Shown: positions 9,664 through 19,647, counted from the first letter of the stretch. The stretch is DNA of 64,000 nt from an uncultured Candidatus Saccharibacteria bacterium (GCA_964641225.1 CAZXKC010000004.1:29026-93025), one strand, 5' to 3'. Translations and numbers: made by a program. Notes: generated by a model not told the origin, from the sequence alone.

Positions 9664-10449
9664 TTAAGCAACTAATGTATAAAAATTTGAGAACAGCATT
9701 GCCACCACAATTGGCCCTGTTCCACCGGGCGTGGGAGTGATGTGGCCTGCAACGCGCGAGGCGGATTTAAAATCAACGTCGCCCGACAGCGTATCACTCT
9801 CGTCGCGGCCATATCCGTAATCAATTACAACAGCACCTTTTTTGAGATGATCGCCGTTAATGAGGCGCGGTACACCAGTACCGGTAATCACGAGGTCGGC
9901 GTTACGAACAATTTCCGGCTTATACCCGCCCTTGTTCATAATGGTGACGTGTTTAACTTTGCCCATGAGCCAATCTGCAATTGGTCGGCCGATGAGAAGT
10001 CCTGAGCCAACCACCACCACCTCCTTATCGGCCACATCAAAGGCGACTTCTTTTAAAATTCGCTTGAGCGCACCAGCGGCCGGGGCCAAAATTTTGCTGG
10101 TCTCGCCGTTTAACACATCAACATCTTTGTCGATACCAATCTCATTGAGCACCGCAATGCGGTCGTACTTGACCGGAAGCGGCAACTGAATAATGACTGC
10201 ACCGACGTCAGGATTGGTATAAATTTCATGAACTTTTTTCTGTAACTCAACCTGCGCGAGCGTGTCTGCAAAACGATATAAATGAAATTTGACCCCAAGC
10301 GAGCGAGCCGCCATCTCTTTTTGTTTAAGAAAACTTAATGAGGCCGCATCATCGCCCACTAAAATTGCCGCGAACTCCTTTTCGGGAACAAGTTGCTTTG
10401 CAAGTTCCTTTAAAATCTTCTCCGCTATTTTTGCACCGTCAATAATCAT
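9664..10449 (-). CDS. folD: Bifunctional methylene-THF dehydrogenase / methenyl-THF cyclohydrolase
   Basis: IIDGAKIA..., VVVGSGLLIGRPIA, PTPGGTGPIVVAML. Confidence 0.85.
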   Translation of the reverse strand: MIIDGAKIAEKILKELAKQLVPEKEFAAILVGDDAASLSFLKQKEMAARSLGVKFHLYRFADTLAQVELQKKVHEIYTNPDVGAVIIQLPLPVKYDRIAVLNEIGIDKDVDVLNGETSKILAPAAGALKRILKEVAFDVADKEVVVVGSGLLIGRPIADWLMGKVKHVTIMNKGGYKPEIVRNADLVITGTGVPRLINGDHLKKGAVVIDYGYGRDESDTLSGDVDFKSASRVAGHITPTPGGTGPIVVAMLFSNFYTLVA

Positions 10450-10485
10450 AGTTATTTACCTATTCGCGCGAATTAGAGAATAGGA

Positions 10486-11760
10486 TTAGTACGGAAGTGG
10501 AAACTTTTTACAGAGCGCAAGCACCTCTTTGCGAACCTTAACCGGCGACTCTTTTAAATCAATCAACCTATGAATCCAACCGGCAAGCATTTTCATTTCT
10601 TTTTCTTTCATACCGCGGCTGGTAATCAGCGGCGTACCCATGCGCACCCCAGAGGGCCGAAACGGCTTGTCGTCGCCCGGGACGGAATTGCGATTGGCAA
10701 TAATTCCAGCTTTTTCAAGCAGCTGCTCCCCTTCTGAGCCGGTAATCCCCTTATTTTTCATATTCAGAAGCAGCAAATGATTTTGCGTCCCACCGGAGAC
10801 AATCTCAAAACCAAAGCGCATAAGTTCATCTGCAAGCACCTTCGCATTTTTCACGATCTGCTGCCCGTACTTCTTAAATGCCGGTTTTTGCATAAACTCA
10901 AACATGAGCGCAATTGCCGCCGTCTGGTTGTTGTGTGGCCCCCCTTGAATACCCGGGATAATTGCTTTGTTAATCGCCATCGCAATCTGCTGGCCTTTAG
11001 AAAAAATGACAGCGCCGCGCGGTCCGCGCATGGTCTTATGCGTTGTTGCCATCACGACATCAGCATACGGAAACGGACTTGGGTGTGTTCCGGCGGCAAT
11101 CAAACCGGCAATGTGGCTAACGTCAGCGACGTGATATGCGCCAACTTTTTTAGCAATTTCACCGATACGTTTGAAGTCGATCAGATGAGAATAGGCCGTT
11201 GCGCCGGAATAGATCATTTTCGGTTTGTGCTCGTTTGCCAGTTTTTCAATCTGTGCGTAATCAAGCAAGCCTGTTTTTTCATTGAGCTCATACTGTACCG
11301 AATTATAAAATGTTCCGGAAAAATTCAATTTAAAGCCGTGGGTTAAATGACCGCCTGCGGCCAGCGCCATACCGAGCACGGTGTCGCCCGGCTTCATTAG
11401 CGCAAAATAAATTGCCATATTTGCAGCTGAACCTGAAGCAGCTTGGACATTAAGATACCAGGTGTTTGCGTCAGCTGGATTAATATCTTCAACTTTCGTC
11501 GGTAATTCTATGGATGGCTTTCCTTTTAATTTAAAAGCCTTAAAACCCTCAACTTGAGCCATGGTTTCAATCTCATCGCAAAATTCGTTGCCGGGGTAAT
11601 AGCGACGCCCCGGATAGCCCTCTGAGTATTTATTAACAAGCGGCGTGCCAAGGACACGCAAAATTTCCGGATCAACAATATTTTCGGATGGTATTAAACC
11701 AATCGTTTCATTTTGGCGCTTTGTTTCCGCGTGTATAAATTTCCAAAGTTTTTGTGACAT
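10486..11760 (-). CDS. glyA: Serine hydroxymethyltransferase
   Basis: LIPSENIVDPEIL..., PLP-binding TTHKTMRGPRGA. Confidence 0.9.
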   Translation of the reverse strand: MSQKLWKFIHAETKRQNETIGLIPSENIVDPEILRVLGTPLVNKYSEGYPGRRYYPGNEFCDEIETMAQVEGFKAFKLKGKPSIELPTKVEDINPADANTWYLNVQAASGSAANMAIYFALMKPGDTVLGMALAAGGHLTHGFKLNFSGTFYNSVQYELNEKTGLLDYAQIEKLANEHKPKMIYSGATAYSHLIDFKRIGEIAKKVGAYHVADVSHIAGLIAAGTHPSPFPYADVVMATTHKTMRGPRGAVIFSKGQQIAMAINKAIIPGIQGGPHNNQTAAIALMFEFMQKPAFKKYGQQIVKNAKVLADELMRFGFEIVSGGTQNHLLLLNMKNKGITGSEGEQLLEKAGIIANRNSVPGDDKPFRPSGVRMGTPLITSRGMKEKEMKMLAGWIHRLIDLKESPVKVRKEVLALCKKFPLPY

Positions 11761-12053
11761 ACCCGGTGCTACAACTGCGATTAGGATTTATATTACTTCA
11801 CGAGTCGACATTGCTTGATTTCTAGAACGACTATGGTGCGCCCGATACTGTGTGAGCCCGCAAGATACAATCGCGAAGAAGATCGCAGTTGTCGCACCGG
11901 GCATAATTATGTACTTTACACGAATTTATTAATTATAACAAAAAACCGCCTTCAGGGCAGCTTATATCAAAACATAAAGCCGCCGCGCGTTATGAAGCGG
12001 TGTTAGAGGTAAACGATGACCAGGTTGTACGATATTTTGAAGTAATCATAGCA

Positions 12054-12266
12054 TTACGGTTGTGCCGTATTGTAAGCGACTAACAACTTTTCTTTAAGAT
12101 TGCGCACAACAATAGAGAGCGTCATCTCTTTGTTTCGGATAAGCTCAAGCGTTACGGCCAAAAGCTGCTCCTCCGCTGTTTCGATAAACAAACGCAAAAG
12201 CTCTTTGTCATCTGCAGACACGTCTGACTCGGCAATAAGTTTTGATAAGGCCTCTTTAGTATTCAT
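12054..12266 (-). CDS. Small hypothetical protein, 70 aa
   Basis: The ORF is co-oriented with, and spaced tightly against, the 12272-12493 gene. Confidence 0.25.
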   Translation of the reverse strand: MNTKEALSKLIAESDVSADDKELLRLFIETAEEQLLAVTLELIRNKEMTLSIVVRNLKEKLLVAYNTAQP

Positions 12267-12271
12267 ATTCT

Positions 12272-12493
12272 TTAGTGATGTCCTCCGCCATGCCCACCGC
12301 CGCCGCCATGACTCTTACCACCGCCGGAAGCTACCTTGCCCGACATAAGAGCCTTATCGGCCTTTTCTAACCCACCCTCTTCGTTAACAGTGCCAAAAAG
12401 ATGATATGGGATAAGCGCGTAATTTAAAATAGACCACGCGGCAATGCCGCCTAAAAATTTACCCGTATTTTCCATTGCCGTTTCAAATTTCAT
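12272..12493 (-). CDS. Small protein with a Gly/His-rich C-terminal tail (GGGKSHGGGGGHGGGHH)
   Basis: ORF with a hydrophobic central segment and a Gly/His-rich tail. Function unknown. Confidence 0.3.
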   Translation of the reverse strand: MKFETAMENTGKFLGGIAAWSILNYALIPYHLFGTVNEEGGLEKADKALMSGKVASGGGKSHGGGGGHGGGHH

Positions 12494-12674
12494 ATAGTGG
12501 CACTATATCAAAAAATGGTGTTCGTGGGAAGGATACTCTATCGTTTATTTTTTACCTACGTAAGCTTGGTGCGCGCGGGAAGGACACCCCTTCGCTGGGC
12601 GGCTTCGGGGTGCAAGTCTCCTGAAATACATAGCAAGATACCACTAAGATAGTCAGATGACTGATGCGGTTTTG

Positions 12675-12746
12675 TGCGCGTGGGAAGGATCGAACTTCCG
12701 GCCTTTTCATTATCAGTGAAATGCTCTACCACTGAGCTACACGCGC
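12675..12746 (-). tRNA. tRNA-Ile (anticodon GAT)
   Basis: Hand-folded: acceptor GCGCGTG/CACGCGC, anticodon loop CTGATAA. Confidence 0.75.
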
Positions 12747-12762
12747 ATACGGGTATTCTATA

Positions 12763-12904
12763 CTACTGAGCTATCGCGAGCCGCCTTTGGCGGCGGTTAC
12801 AAAAGCGGCGGTGGCCGCAACCCTGAGCGACAAGGCCCGGGTACCTCGGTCCTCTTTTATTCTATAACAAGAGCCGAGGGGCCGCCACACGCGCATGTAG
12901 TCGA
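12763..12904 (-). repeat. Copy B of the roughly 140-nt tRNA-associated structured element, 5' of tRNA-Ile
   Basis: Shares its core with copies A and C. The first hairpin shows compensatory changes (CUCUU...AAGAGG here versus CUCGGCUC...GAGCGCCGAG in A and C). Confidence 0.45.
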
Positions 12905-12954
12905 ATAGGAAATATTTTAGACTAAGTCGGCAACTTTGGCAACAAGTGTATTTT

Positions 12955-13287
12955 TTAGGGCTTACTCGTGGTTGCCGGCGTCGTGGTGGTCGACGTAGCC
13001 GCTGGCGCCAAGCTCGGCGTCACCTTTACCGCAGAGGCAGGTGCATAGGTACTAAGCACTGTTGAATTGCCCGGATAAATCTCCTTCATAAGCGCATCGT
13101 ATTTTTCAAAATTAAATGTCTGCTCAGCGTGTTTTGTAAGCACATCAGTTCCAAAGACCAGCTGCGCCTTGAGCGTTATCGAATGAACAAGAAAAATCAA
13201 ATATGCAATTAAACACGTTGCGAGCACGCCGGCGATCGAGACATATATAACCTCTTGCTTGTGATTGCTTGTATTTTTAATACGCAT
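12955..13287 (-). CDS. Small membrane protein, possibly a pilus-assembly PilN-like protein (uncertain)
   Basis: Single N-terminal TM helix and a Thr/Pro-rich C-terminus. Sits next to a PilO-like gene. Confidence 0.3.
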   Translation of the reverse strand: MRIKNTSNHKQEVIYVSIAGVLATCLIAYLIFLVHSITLKAQLVFGTDVLTKHAEQTFNFEKYDALMKEIYPGNSTVLSTYAPASAVKVTPSLAPAATSTTTTPATTSKP

Positions 13288-13298
13288 ACAAATTCTTT

Positions 13299-13826
13299 TT
13301 ACTTTGTGTAGATGGCACCGGTAGTGGTCAAATTATACTGATTGTTGAGCTGATAACTTGTTGTTACCCCATCGAAGCGGATAAAATACGGAAGCTGCTC
13401 GAGAAATTGTAAAAATGAAATAATGTCATCAAAGTGACCGGTTGCACTTAACGTAAAATTAACTGAGCCTGAATCAGTCGCCGTTGCCGCTGTTTCTGTG
13501 CCAAAACTAAACCCAACATCAACATTAAATTTCTTTCCATAATTACTGATATCGCGAGAAAAACCGATCAATTGATCTTTTGGCGGTATAATACTCTGAA
13601 GACGCGCAAGTAGCGGATCCGCTTTCTTAAGATCAGTATTGCTACCTGCAATTAATTCAATCGTTCGATTGCGCAGCGTAATCTCTGCTTTTTCTTGATC
13701 GATTTGCCTAACCAGCTTGTTTAAGTGACTATTAAAAATAACTAAACCTGCACTTAAGACAGAGATCAAGCCGGCGGCAATTGATAACTTTATTAATAAC
13801 CGTTTATAAAAATGCGTAAGAACCAT
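13299..13826 (-). CDS. Membrane-anchored coiled-coil protein, PilO-like (uncertain)
   Basis: N-terminal TM helix, coiled-coil, then a C-terminal globular domain. Confidence 0.3.
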   Translation of the reverse strand: MVLTHFYKRLLIKLSIAAGLISVLSAGLVIFNSHLNKLVRQIDQEKAEITLRNRTIELIAGSNTDLKKADPLLARLQSIIPPKDQLIGFSRDISNYGKKFNVDVGFSFGTETAATATDSGSVNFTLSATGHFDDIISFLQFLEQLPYFIRFDGVTTSYQLNNQYNLTTTGAIYTK

Positions 13827-13843
13827 TTCAGTACAAGTATATC

Positions 13844-14875
13844 ATGACGTCAGAACAGATATATTATAACGCGCTGGCTCTTACCTATCGCTGCTCATAT
13901 AAGACTATGCAGCGACTTTGGGATGAACACGGCAACTGGCAGACGGCATATACACAGACAACCGACAGAAAACGCATTGATGCGCAAAAGGCTGCCGATG
14001 AACTTAAAAAGCATGACATACGCGTTGTACTGCGTAACGACGATGACTTTCCGGAATTACTCCGCGAGATCCCCTGGCCGCCGTTTGCCATCTATGTACG
14101 CGGAAAACTCCCGGCATTTAAAAGACCGGCCGTTGCAGTTGTTGGTACACGCAAAGCAACTCCAGTCGGGCTACAAACGGCGCAGCGTTTCGCTGCTGAT
14201 CTTGCCCGTAAAGGGGTTCCAATCGTTAGCGGACTAGCGCTTGGCATGGATGCAGCCGCGCATGAGGGTGCACTTGAAGCCCACGGAACTGCCGTTGCTG
14301 TACTTGCCTCAAGCGTTGATAACATTACACCGCGAACAAACGCGCAACTCGGCGAACGCATTCTTAAAAACGGCGGCGCCATAATTTCAGAATATCCGCT
14401 GGGTACAGAATCAATTCCCCGATTATTTTTAGAACGCAACAGGATCGTCAGTGGTCTTTCAAAAGCTGTGCTTGTAATTGAGGCGCCGAAACGCTCTGGT
14501 ACATTAGCAACGGCTCGATTTGCAATTGAACAAAACCGAGAACTATTAGTCGTCCCTGGTGGGATCTCAAATCCCAATTACGAAGGCTCAAATGACTTGA
14601 TAAAACAAGGCGCGCAACTGGTTACCAGCAGCGAAGACGTACTACATGTGTTAGGGATTGAGGAGGATAAAAATGCGGCAACAGAACAACAACTTCCCTT
14701 CCTCGATGAGACGCAACAAAAAATTGTTGCGTATTTGACAGAGATCGGAGAGCCGATGCATACTGACGCCTTGTGTGAAAAAGTCGCACTCTCTGCAGCC
14801 GTTCTTTCCGAAGCTTTAGCGATGTTAACTATTGCGAACATTGTGAAAGAGTCCGGTGGCAGGTACTATATATGA
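13844..14875 (+). CDS. dprA: DNA processing protein A (Smf)
   Basis: Rossmann-like core VAVVGTRKATPVGLQTAQRFAADLARKGVPIVSGLALGMDAAAHEGAL. Confidence 0.8.
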   Translation: MTSEQIYYNALALTYRCSYKTMQRLWDEHGNWQTAYTQTTDRKRIDAQKAADELKKHDIRVVLRNDDDFPELLREIPWPPFAIYVRGKLPAFKRPAVAVVGTRKATPVGLQTAQRFAADLARKGVPIVSGLALGMDAAAHEGALEAHGTAVAVLASSVDNITPRTNAQLGERILKNGGAIISEYPLGTESIPRLFLERNRIVSGLSKAVLVIEAPKRSGTLATARFAIEQNRELLVVPGGISNPNYEGSNDLIKQGAQLVTSSEDVLHVLGIEEDKNAATEQQLPFLDETQQKIVAYLTEIGEPMHTDALCEKVALSAAVLSEALAMLTIANIVKESGGRYYI

Positions 14876-14973
14876 AGAGAGAACAGTAAACTGTAAACCA
14901 TAAACTATAAATCTGAAGACTCTTGCCATTGTTTATAGTTTGGAGTTTATCATTTAAGTTTGAAATCCATTAC

Positions 14974-17133
14974 ATGAAACTTGTTATTGTCGAGTCGCCG
15001 ACAAAGGCGAACACCATAAGTAAATTTATCGGAAAAGAATATCGAGTTGAGTCATCCTTTGGGCACGTCCGCGACTTGCCCAAAAGTCGTTTTGGTATCG
15101 ACCTCGAAAAAAACTTTGAACCGACCTATATCATCCCCGTAAAAGCCAAGACCCGGGTTACTGAACTGCGCAAACTTGCTAGCAAGGCAAAGGAGATTAT
15201 TCTCGCAAGCGATGAAGACCGCGAAGGAGAGGCCATTGCCTGGCACCTGCGTCAGGTATTAGAAGGAAAGGGTTCGAAGACTAAACGCGACTCAGTCTCT
15301 GTAATCGAAGGCAAGCCGATTAACCGCATCGTCTTTCATGAAATTACTGAAACTGCGATTAAGAATGCGCTGACTCACCCGCGCGAACTCGACCAAAAGA
15401 TGGTTGACGCTCAACAGGCTCGACGTATTTTAGACCGACTTGTGGGTTATAAGCTTTCACCGTTCCTCTGGAAAAAAATTGCAAAGGGACTTTCTGCCGG
15501 TCGCGTACAATCCGTTGCGCTGCGGTTAATTGTTGATCGCGAAAACGAAATTCGCGCCTTCAAACCCGAAGAGTACTGGAGCATCTCGGCAAAACTCAAA
15601 ACTCAAAACTCAAAACTCAAAACTGAAGATGGGTTCGAAGCGGATTTAATTAAAGTTGCCGGTAAGGTACTCGATAAGTTTGATATTAAAACCAAGGCGG
15701 ATGCGGAAAAGATTGCCGCAGACCTAAAGAACGCGAGCTATTCAGTCACGAGCGTAAAAAAGACAGAGACCAAAAAGAATCCCTCCGGGCCTTTTACGAC
15801 CAGTACCCTGCAGCAAACTGCCAGCACCCGCCTTGGTTATTCTGCCAAGAAGACCATGACGCTGGCGCAGATTTTGTATGAAAACGGACACATCACGTAC
15901 ATGCGTACCGACTCTTTGAATCTTTCAAAAGAGTCACAAGCTGCCGCGGCAGAATATTTGCAAACAACCTTTGGCGAAAAATACGTTTCAGTAAAGTCAT
16001 ATCACACTAAATCAAAAGGTGCGCAGGAGGCGCACGAGGCTGTCCGCCCGACGAAACTGACTCATCCGGATGAGCTGCCGGTCTCCGACGAGGCTGTGCG
16101 CAAACTCTATCGTTTGATCTGGCAGCGCTTTTTGGCGTCACAAATGCCGCACGCTGTTTTTGATGCAACTCAAGTAGACGTTGAGACTGCCGATAAAAAA
16201 TACACGCTGCGCGCAAATGGCAATACGATGAAGTTTGATGGATTCCTTAAAGTCTATCCTCAATCATTTGAAGAAAAACAGTTGCCGGTACTCGCAGAGG
16301 CCGACAAACTAAAATTAGAGAAAGTTACGCCGGATCAACACTTTACGGAGCCCCCGGGTCGCTACTCTGAAGCCAAGCTGATTAAAACCCTTGAAGAGTT
16401 TGGTATTGGCCGTCCTTCAACCTACGTTTCGATCATTTCCGTGATTCAGGCGCGTAATTATGTGCGCAAAGAGGGCGGACGCTTTCATCCAACCGAAATC
16501 GGGGAAATGGTCAGTAAGCTTTTGACGACCCACTTCCCGCAGGTAGTCGATATTGGTTTTACGGCAAAAATTGAAAGCGAATTAGACGAGGTCGCCGAGG
16601 GCACGATTGTGTGGCAGGCCCCACTGCGCGAATTTTACGATCCGTTTGCGAAATTACTTGAAGAAAAATACGCCAGCGTTGAAAAAGAAAACCCTGACGA
16701 GGCTACCGACGAGGTCTGCGCCTGCACCGGCAAGAGTAGTTCGCCTAACTCAAAATGCGAACACGAGGGGTCCTGTGGCAAGCCGATGATTATCAAATTC
16801 GGACGCTTTGGAAAGTTCCTCGCCTGCTCCGGTTTCCCGGAGTGTAAAAATGCAAAGAACGTCAATCGCGCCGAGGCGTTGACGATTAATATGAAGTGCC
16901 CGAAGTGTCTTGAAACCCCGGAACGAAAAGATAACCCTGGTGACGTTGTCGTTAAACAAACCCGCAAGGGCCGTAAACGAATGTTCTGGGGCTGCAGCAG
17001 ATATCCAGACTGTACGTTCGCCACTTGGAACGATCCTACCAAGACACCGGAACAAATAGCGGAAGAGAAAGCAAAAGCCAAGGCGAAAAAGTTTGAAGAG
17101 AAGGATGAAAAGGTAGTTGAGGAGGAGTCGTAA
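14974..17133 (+). CDS. topA: DNA topoisomerase I
   Basis: TOPRIM N-terminus MKLVIVESPTKANTISKFIG...SFGHVRDLP, C-terminal C4 zinc ribbons, and a Lys/Glu-rich tail. The start was moved to the ATG at 14974. Confidence 0.9.
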   Translation: MKLVIVESPTKANTISKFIGKEYRVESSFGHVRDLPKSRFGIDLEKNFEPTYIIPVKAKTRVTELRKLASKAKEIILASDEDREGEAIAWHLRQVLEGKGSKTKRDSVSVIEGKPINRIVFHEITETAIKNALTHPRELDQKMVDAQQARRILDRLVGYKLSPFLWKKIAKGLSAGRVQSVALRLIVDRENEIRAFKPEEYWSISAKLKTQNSKLKTEDGFEADLIKVAGKVLDKFDIKTKADAEKIAADLKNASYSVTSVKKTETKKNPSGPFTTSTLQQTASTRLGYSAKKTMTLAQILYENGHITYMRTDSLNLSKESQAAAAEYLQTTFGEKYVSVKSYHTKSKGAQEAHEAVRPTKLTHPDELPVSDEAVRKLYRLIWQRFLASQMPHAVFDATQVDVETADKKYTLRANGNTMKFDGFLKVYPQSFEEKQLPVLAEADKLKLEKVTPDQHFTEPPGRYSEAKLIKTLEEFGIGRPSTYVSIISVIQARNYVRKEGGRFHPTEIGEMVSKLLTTHFPQVVDIGFTAKIESELDEVAEGTIVWQAPLREFYDPFAKLLEEKYASVEKENPDEATDEVCACTGKSSSPNSKCEHEGSCGKPMIIKFGRFGKFLACSGFPECKNAKNVNRAEALTINMKCPKCLETPERKDNPGDVVVKQTRKGRKRMFWGCSRYPDCTFATWNDPTKTPEQIAEEKAKAKAKKFEEKDEKVVEEES

Positions 17134-17213
17134 AAAGCAAAGAGGCTCCGGGTCGCTTGCGCAAACCGGAGCCTGAGACTCCAAGGGGCAGAGGGTCGGG
17201 ATAACCGAGCAAC

Positions 17214-17819
17214 CTAAGCCCCAAGTTTCGTTACTTGACCTCGACGAGCCACCGCAAGAGGTAGCTCCAGCCGCGGCCAGCCTGGCGGAAGAACTCGACG
17301 CCGTCGCTTCCCACGTACGGGAAGAAGACGCGGTCGGCCGGACCGACCCACGAGGCATCGGCGACTCCGACCCAGCTTCCGTCGGTCTTCGGGTAGGCCT
17401 TTCTTAAAGGCCTTGCGCCACTGGCCCTGCGGGATCTTCCCGTGCCTGGCCAGCTCCTCCTTCACCGCCTCGAAACTCGGCTGGTAGCCGATCGAGACCA
17501 GCTTGAACTTCCTGGTCTGCGGCTCGGCGATCTCCTGGCCAGTGAAGCGCCAGGTGCCCGTGAAGCCTTCGTCCGTGATCATCTGGAGTCCGGTGAAAGG
17601 CTCCGTGATGGAAAGTTCGAAGACCTCGCCGTCCTGCGGATAGGTCCGCAGTTCGGGGATCTTCCGCACCGCCTCCTCGATGGCGTCGGCGCAGCGGTTG
17701 ATGGCGAAGGCGTCGATGCAGACGCCGGTCGCGGCCAGTCGCTCACGCTTGATGCCGCGCTTGACCAGCTCCTTCGCGATCGCCGTACCGAGCGCCAAAT
17801 CCACTTCGTTGCCTCTCAT
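17214..17819 (-). pseudogene. Frameshifted high-GC gene of unknown function
   Basis: GGAGGA RBS then ATG at 17819 (MRGNEVD...). About 62% GC. The last 50 or so codons continue in another frame as ...TDGSWVGVADASWVGPADRVFFPYVGSDGVEFFRQAGRGWSYLLRWLVEVK*. The ORF-track tail (Arg-rich) looks like out-of-frame translation. Confidence 0.4.
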
Positions 17820-17890
17820 CGGAATCCTCCAAGCTATTCTTGAAAACACCTACGCGGCGCATTCTTGAACAGCGGTAAGGCGGCTTTTGT

Positions 17891-17941
17891 AGCCGCACAA
17901 ATTGGGTCGTTTTTGGCCTAAAAATAGACCAATTTGTGCGG
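17891..17941. promoter_or_regulatory. Perfect 16-bp inverted repeat (TAGCCGCACAAATTGG ... CCAATTTGTGCGGCTA) upstream of the high-GC pseudogene
   Basis: Seen directly in the sequence. A stem-loop with a loop of about 20 nt. Confidence 0.3.
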
Positions 17942-18432
17942 CTAATTCAGCACAAGTAGCTTTAAAAGAACTTTATGCAGTATACATCCTTTTACTAAAT
18001 TTGTCAAAGGTCTAAAAATGTCGATTTTAAGGCTTTTTTGTAATTATCTAAAACCAGAAAGCCGCCGAAGGCGCGACTCCTGGTCAACCTTACGGCGGCT
18101 AGTATTCCTGCTTCTTTGAGATTTGCTGCCTCTCGGCAGCAAAATGCCACAGATGCTGTATGGCACAGTCCCAGCAATAGATTGCGCCAATCTGCGCATC
18201 AGGGAATTTCCAGAATTCCAAGACTGCGCCGCACCCGCCCGCACACGAAGCTACTGCCAATACGACTGGCACCTGCGAGTATCGCGGCCTCCTAGACTTC
18301 TCATTTTTCGGAAAAGTCCACGAAGCATTTGCAAGACCTGTTTGCATGGCCCCCCCCTTCTACTTATAAAACTAGAAAGCTGACTCTCTAAAGAGTTTGC
18401 CAAAAAACAAATCAACTGTAAACACGTAGAAC

Positions 18433-19353
18433 CTAAAGCGTGAACTCCTGCTCGCCCGTCGGAACTTCAGTAAAAGAAAGCTTACCTGCTACAGGGGCGG
18501 ATGGAGTTGCGGCGGGATGTGGAGCCGGCACAGACTTCACGCGCTCTAAAATTGTGTACAATTCTTCAGGGGTTGAAAATGCAATCGTGATTTTGCCCAC
18601 GCTACCGTCCTTGGTAACTTGCACAATAGTGCCGAGCGCCTCTTCGAGCTGCTGCTTGATTGAAATAGCCTCGGCATCCACCTCACCGACTGTTCCCGCA
18701 GCAGAAACGGGTGGCGCCTTCATGTAGGCAACCTTGTTACGAATCTCACGAACCGAAAGACCACGAGCAATAATATCGTCAAAAAGAGCTTGTTGTTGCT
18801 TAGGATCATCGAGCGAGAGAATTAAACGCGCCTGGCTTTCACCTATCTTCCCCATCGCGATCGCGTCTTGAACAATCGTCGGTAAATTCAAAAGACGCAT
18901 CGTATTGGCAACCACCTCGCGACTCTTACCGATACGCTGAGCGATCTCACGCTGAGTTAAACGAAACTCGTCTTGCAGTCGAGCATAGGCACGCGCAGCT
19001 TCAATTGGGTTGAGATTTGCTCGCTGCACGTTTTCAACGATAGCCAGCTCCAGCTTTTCTTTATCAAGTCCAACATTCTTAATTACGGCTGGCACGCGCT
19101 CTAAGCCCACTAACTGTGCGGCGCGAAAACGGCGCTCACCGGCGATAAGTTGATAATGGACCGTTGCTCCGTCTGGCGTTATCTCTTCAACTTTAGAAAC
19201 TACGAGCGGCTGTAAAATGCCGTATTCTCGAATTGAGTTTGCTAGCTCTTTGAGTTGCTCTTCATCAAAAAATCGCCGTGGTTGAAACGGGTTCGGTTCT
19301 ATTTTGTGAACTTCAATTAAAAAAACGTGTTCTTGAATTTGCGGGTCGGGCAT
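18433..19353 (-). CDS. parB: Chromosome partitioning protein ParB/Spo0J
   Basis: ParB box GERRFRAAQLVGLERVPAVI and an HTH. Confidence 0.85.
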   Translation of the reverse strand: MPDPQIQEHVFLIEVHKIEPNPFQPRRFFDEEQLKELANSIREYGILQPLVVSKVEEITPDGATVHYQLIAGERRFRAAQLVGLERVPAVIKNVGLDKEKLELAIVENVQRANLNPIEAARAYARLQDEFRLTQREIAQRIGKSREVVANTMRLLNLPTIVQDAIAMGKIGESQARLILSLDDPKQQQALFDDIIARGLSVREIRNKVAYMKAPPVSAAGTVGEVDAEAISIKQQLEEALGTIVQVTKDGSVGKITIAFSTPEELYTILERVKSVPAPHPAATPSAPVAGKLSFTEVPTGEQEFTL

Positions 19354-19380
19354 ATGCGTGCGTTAATTATAAAACGAATC

Positions 19381-19409
19381 TTGAAATAAGCCAACAGAAA
19401 CGGTAGAAT
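19381..19409 (+). promoter_or_regulatory. Sigma-70-like promoter for tRNA-Leu(CAA)
   Basis: TTGAAA, 17 nt, TAGAAT, ending about 8 nt before the tRNA 5' end. Confidence 0.45.
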
Positions 19410-19417
19410 GCTTTTAT

Positions 19418-19503
19418 GCTCGGGTGGCGGAATGGCAGACGCTGACGACTCAAAATCGTCCGATCGCAAGGTCATGTGGGTTCGACTCCCACCCCGAGCA
19501 CCA
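19418..19503 (+). tRNA. tRNA-Leu (anticodon CAA), class II, with CCA encoded
   Basis: Acceptor GCTCGGG/CCCGAGC, anticodon loop CTCAAAA, long variable arm, T-loop GGTTCGACTCC, 3' CCA. Confidence 0.8.
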
Positions 19504-19647
19504 AACAAAAATGGCGGGCTTTACGCCGCCATTAACACTACGGGGGCCGACGATCTTCGTCTGGCCCCCTCCCCGCTGCGTTACGCTTATTTGCGTCACA
19601 ACTGGTGACTTAAGCGCTTCGCTTCCCACCTACTACCCTGCTAGAAC

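Noticed and set aside
8131-9675. 514-aa plus-strand ORF, together with nested ORFs 8652-8990, 8798-9067, 9324-9518 and 9377-9643
   Set aside because: These are antisense or alternative-frame shadows of the high-GC purB gene. Their composition is Arg/Gly/Pro-rich and they have no motifs. purB on the minus strand has a clear lyase signature.
10777-11346. 189-aa plus-strand ORF inside glyA
   Set aside because: Antisense to the highly conserved glyA.
14092-14841. Minus-strand ORFs 14092-14577 and 14578-14841
   Set aside because: Antisense to dprA.
16635-17358. Minus-strand ORFs 16635-17081, 16750-17358 and 17036-17224 overlapping the 3' end of topA
   Set aside because: topA is unambiguous. These are out-of-frame shadows, possibly extended by the following high-GC pseudogene tail.
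17442-17868. Plus-strand ORFs 17442-17843 and 17680-17868
   Set aside because: They are antisense to the high-GC frameshifted gene and are typical high-GC shadows.
18044-18383. Small ORFs (18044-18244, 18099-18347, 18123-18383) in the intergenic region downstream of parB
   Set aside because: They are short, mutually overlapping and have no RBS or motif. The region more likely holds regulatory sequence for the flanking genes. No parS-like palindrome could be confirmed.
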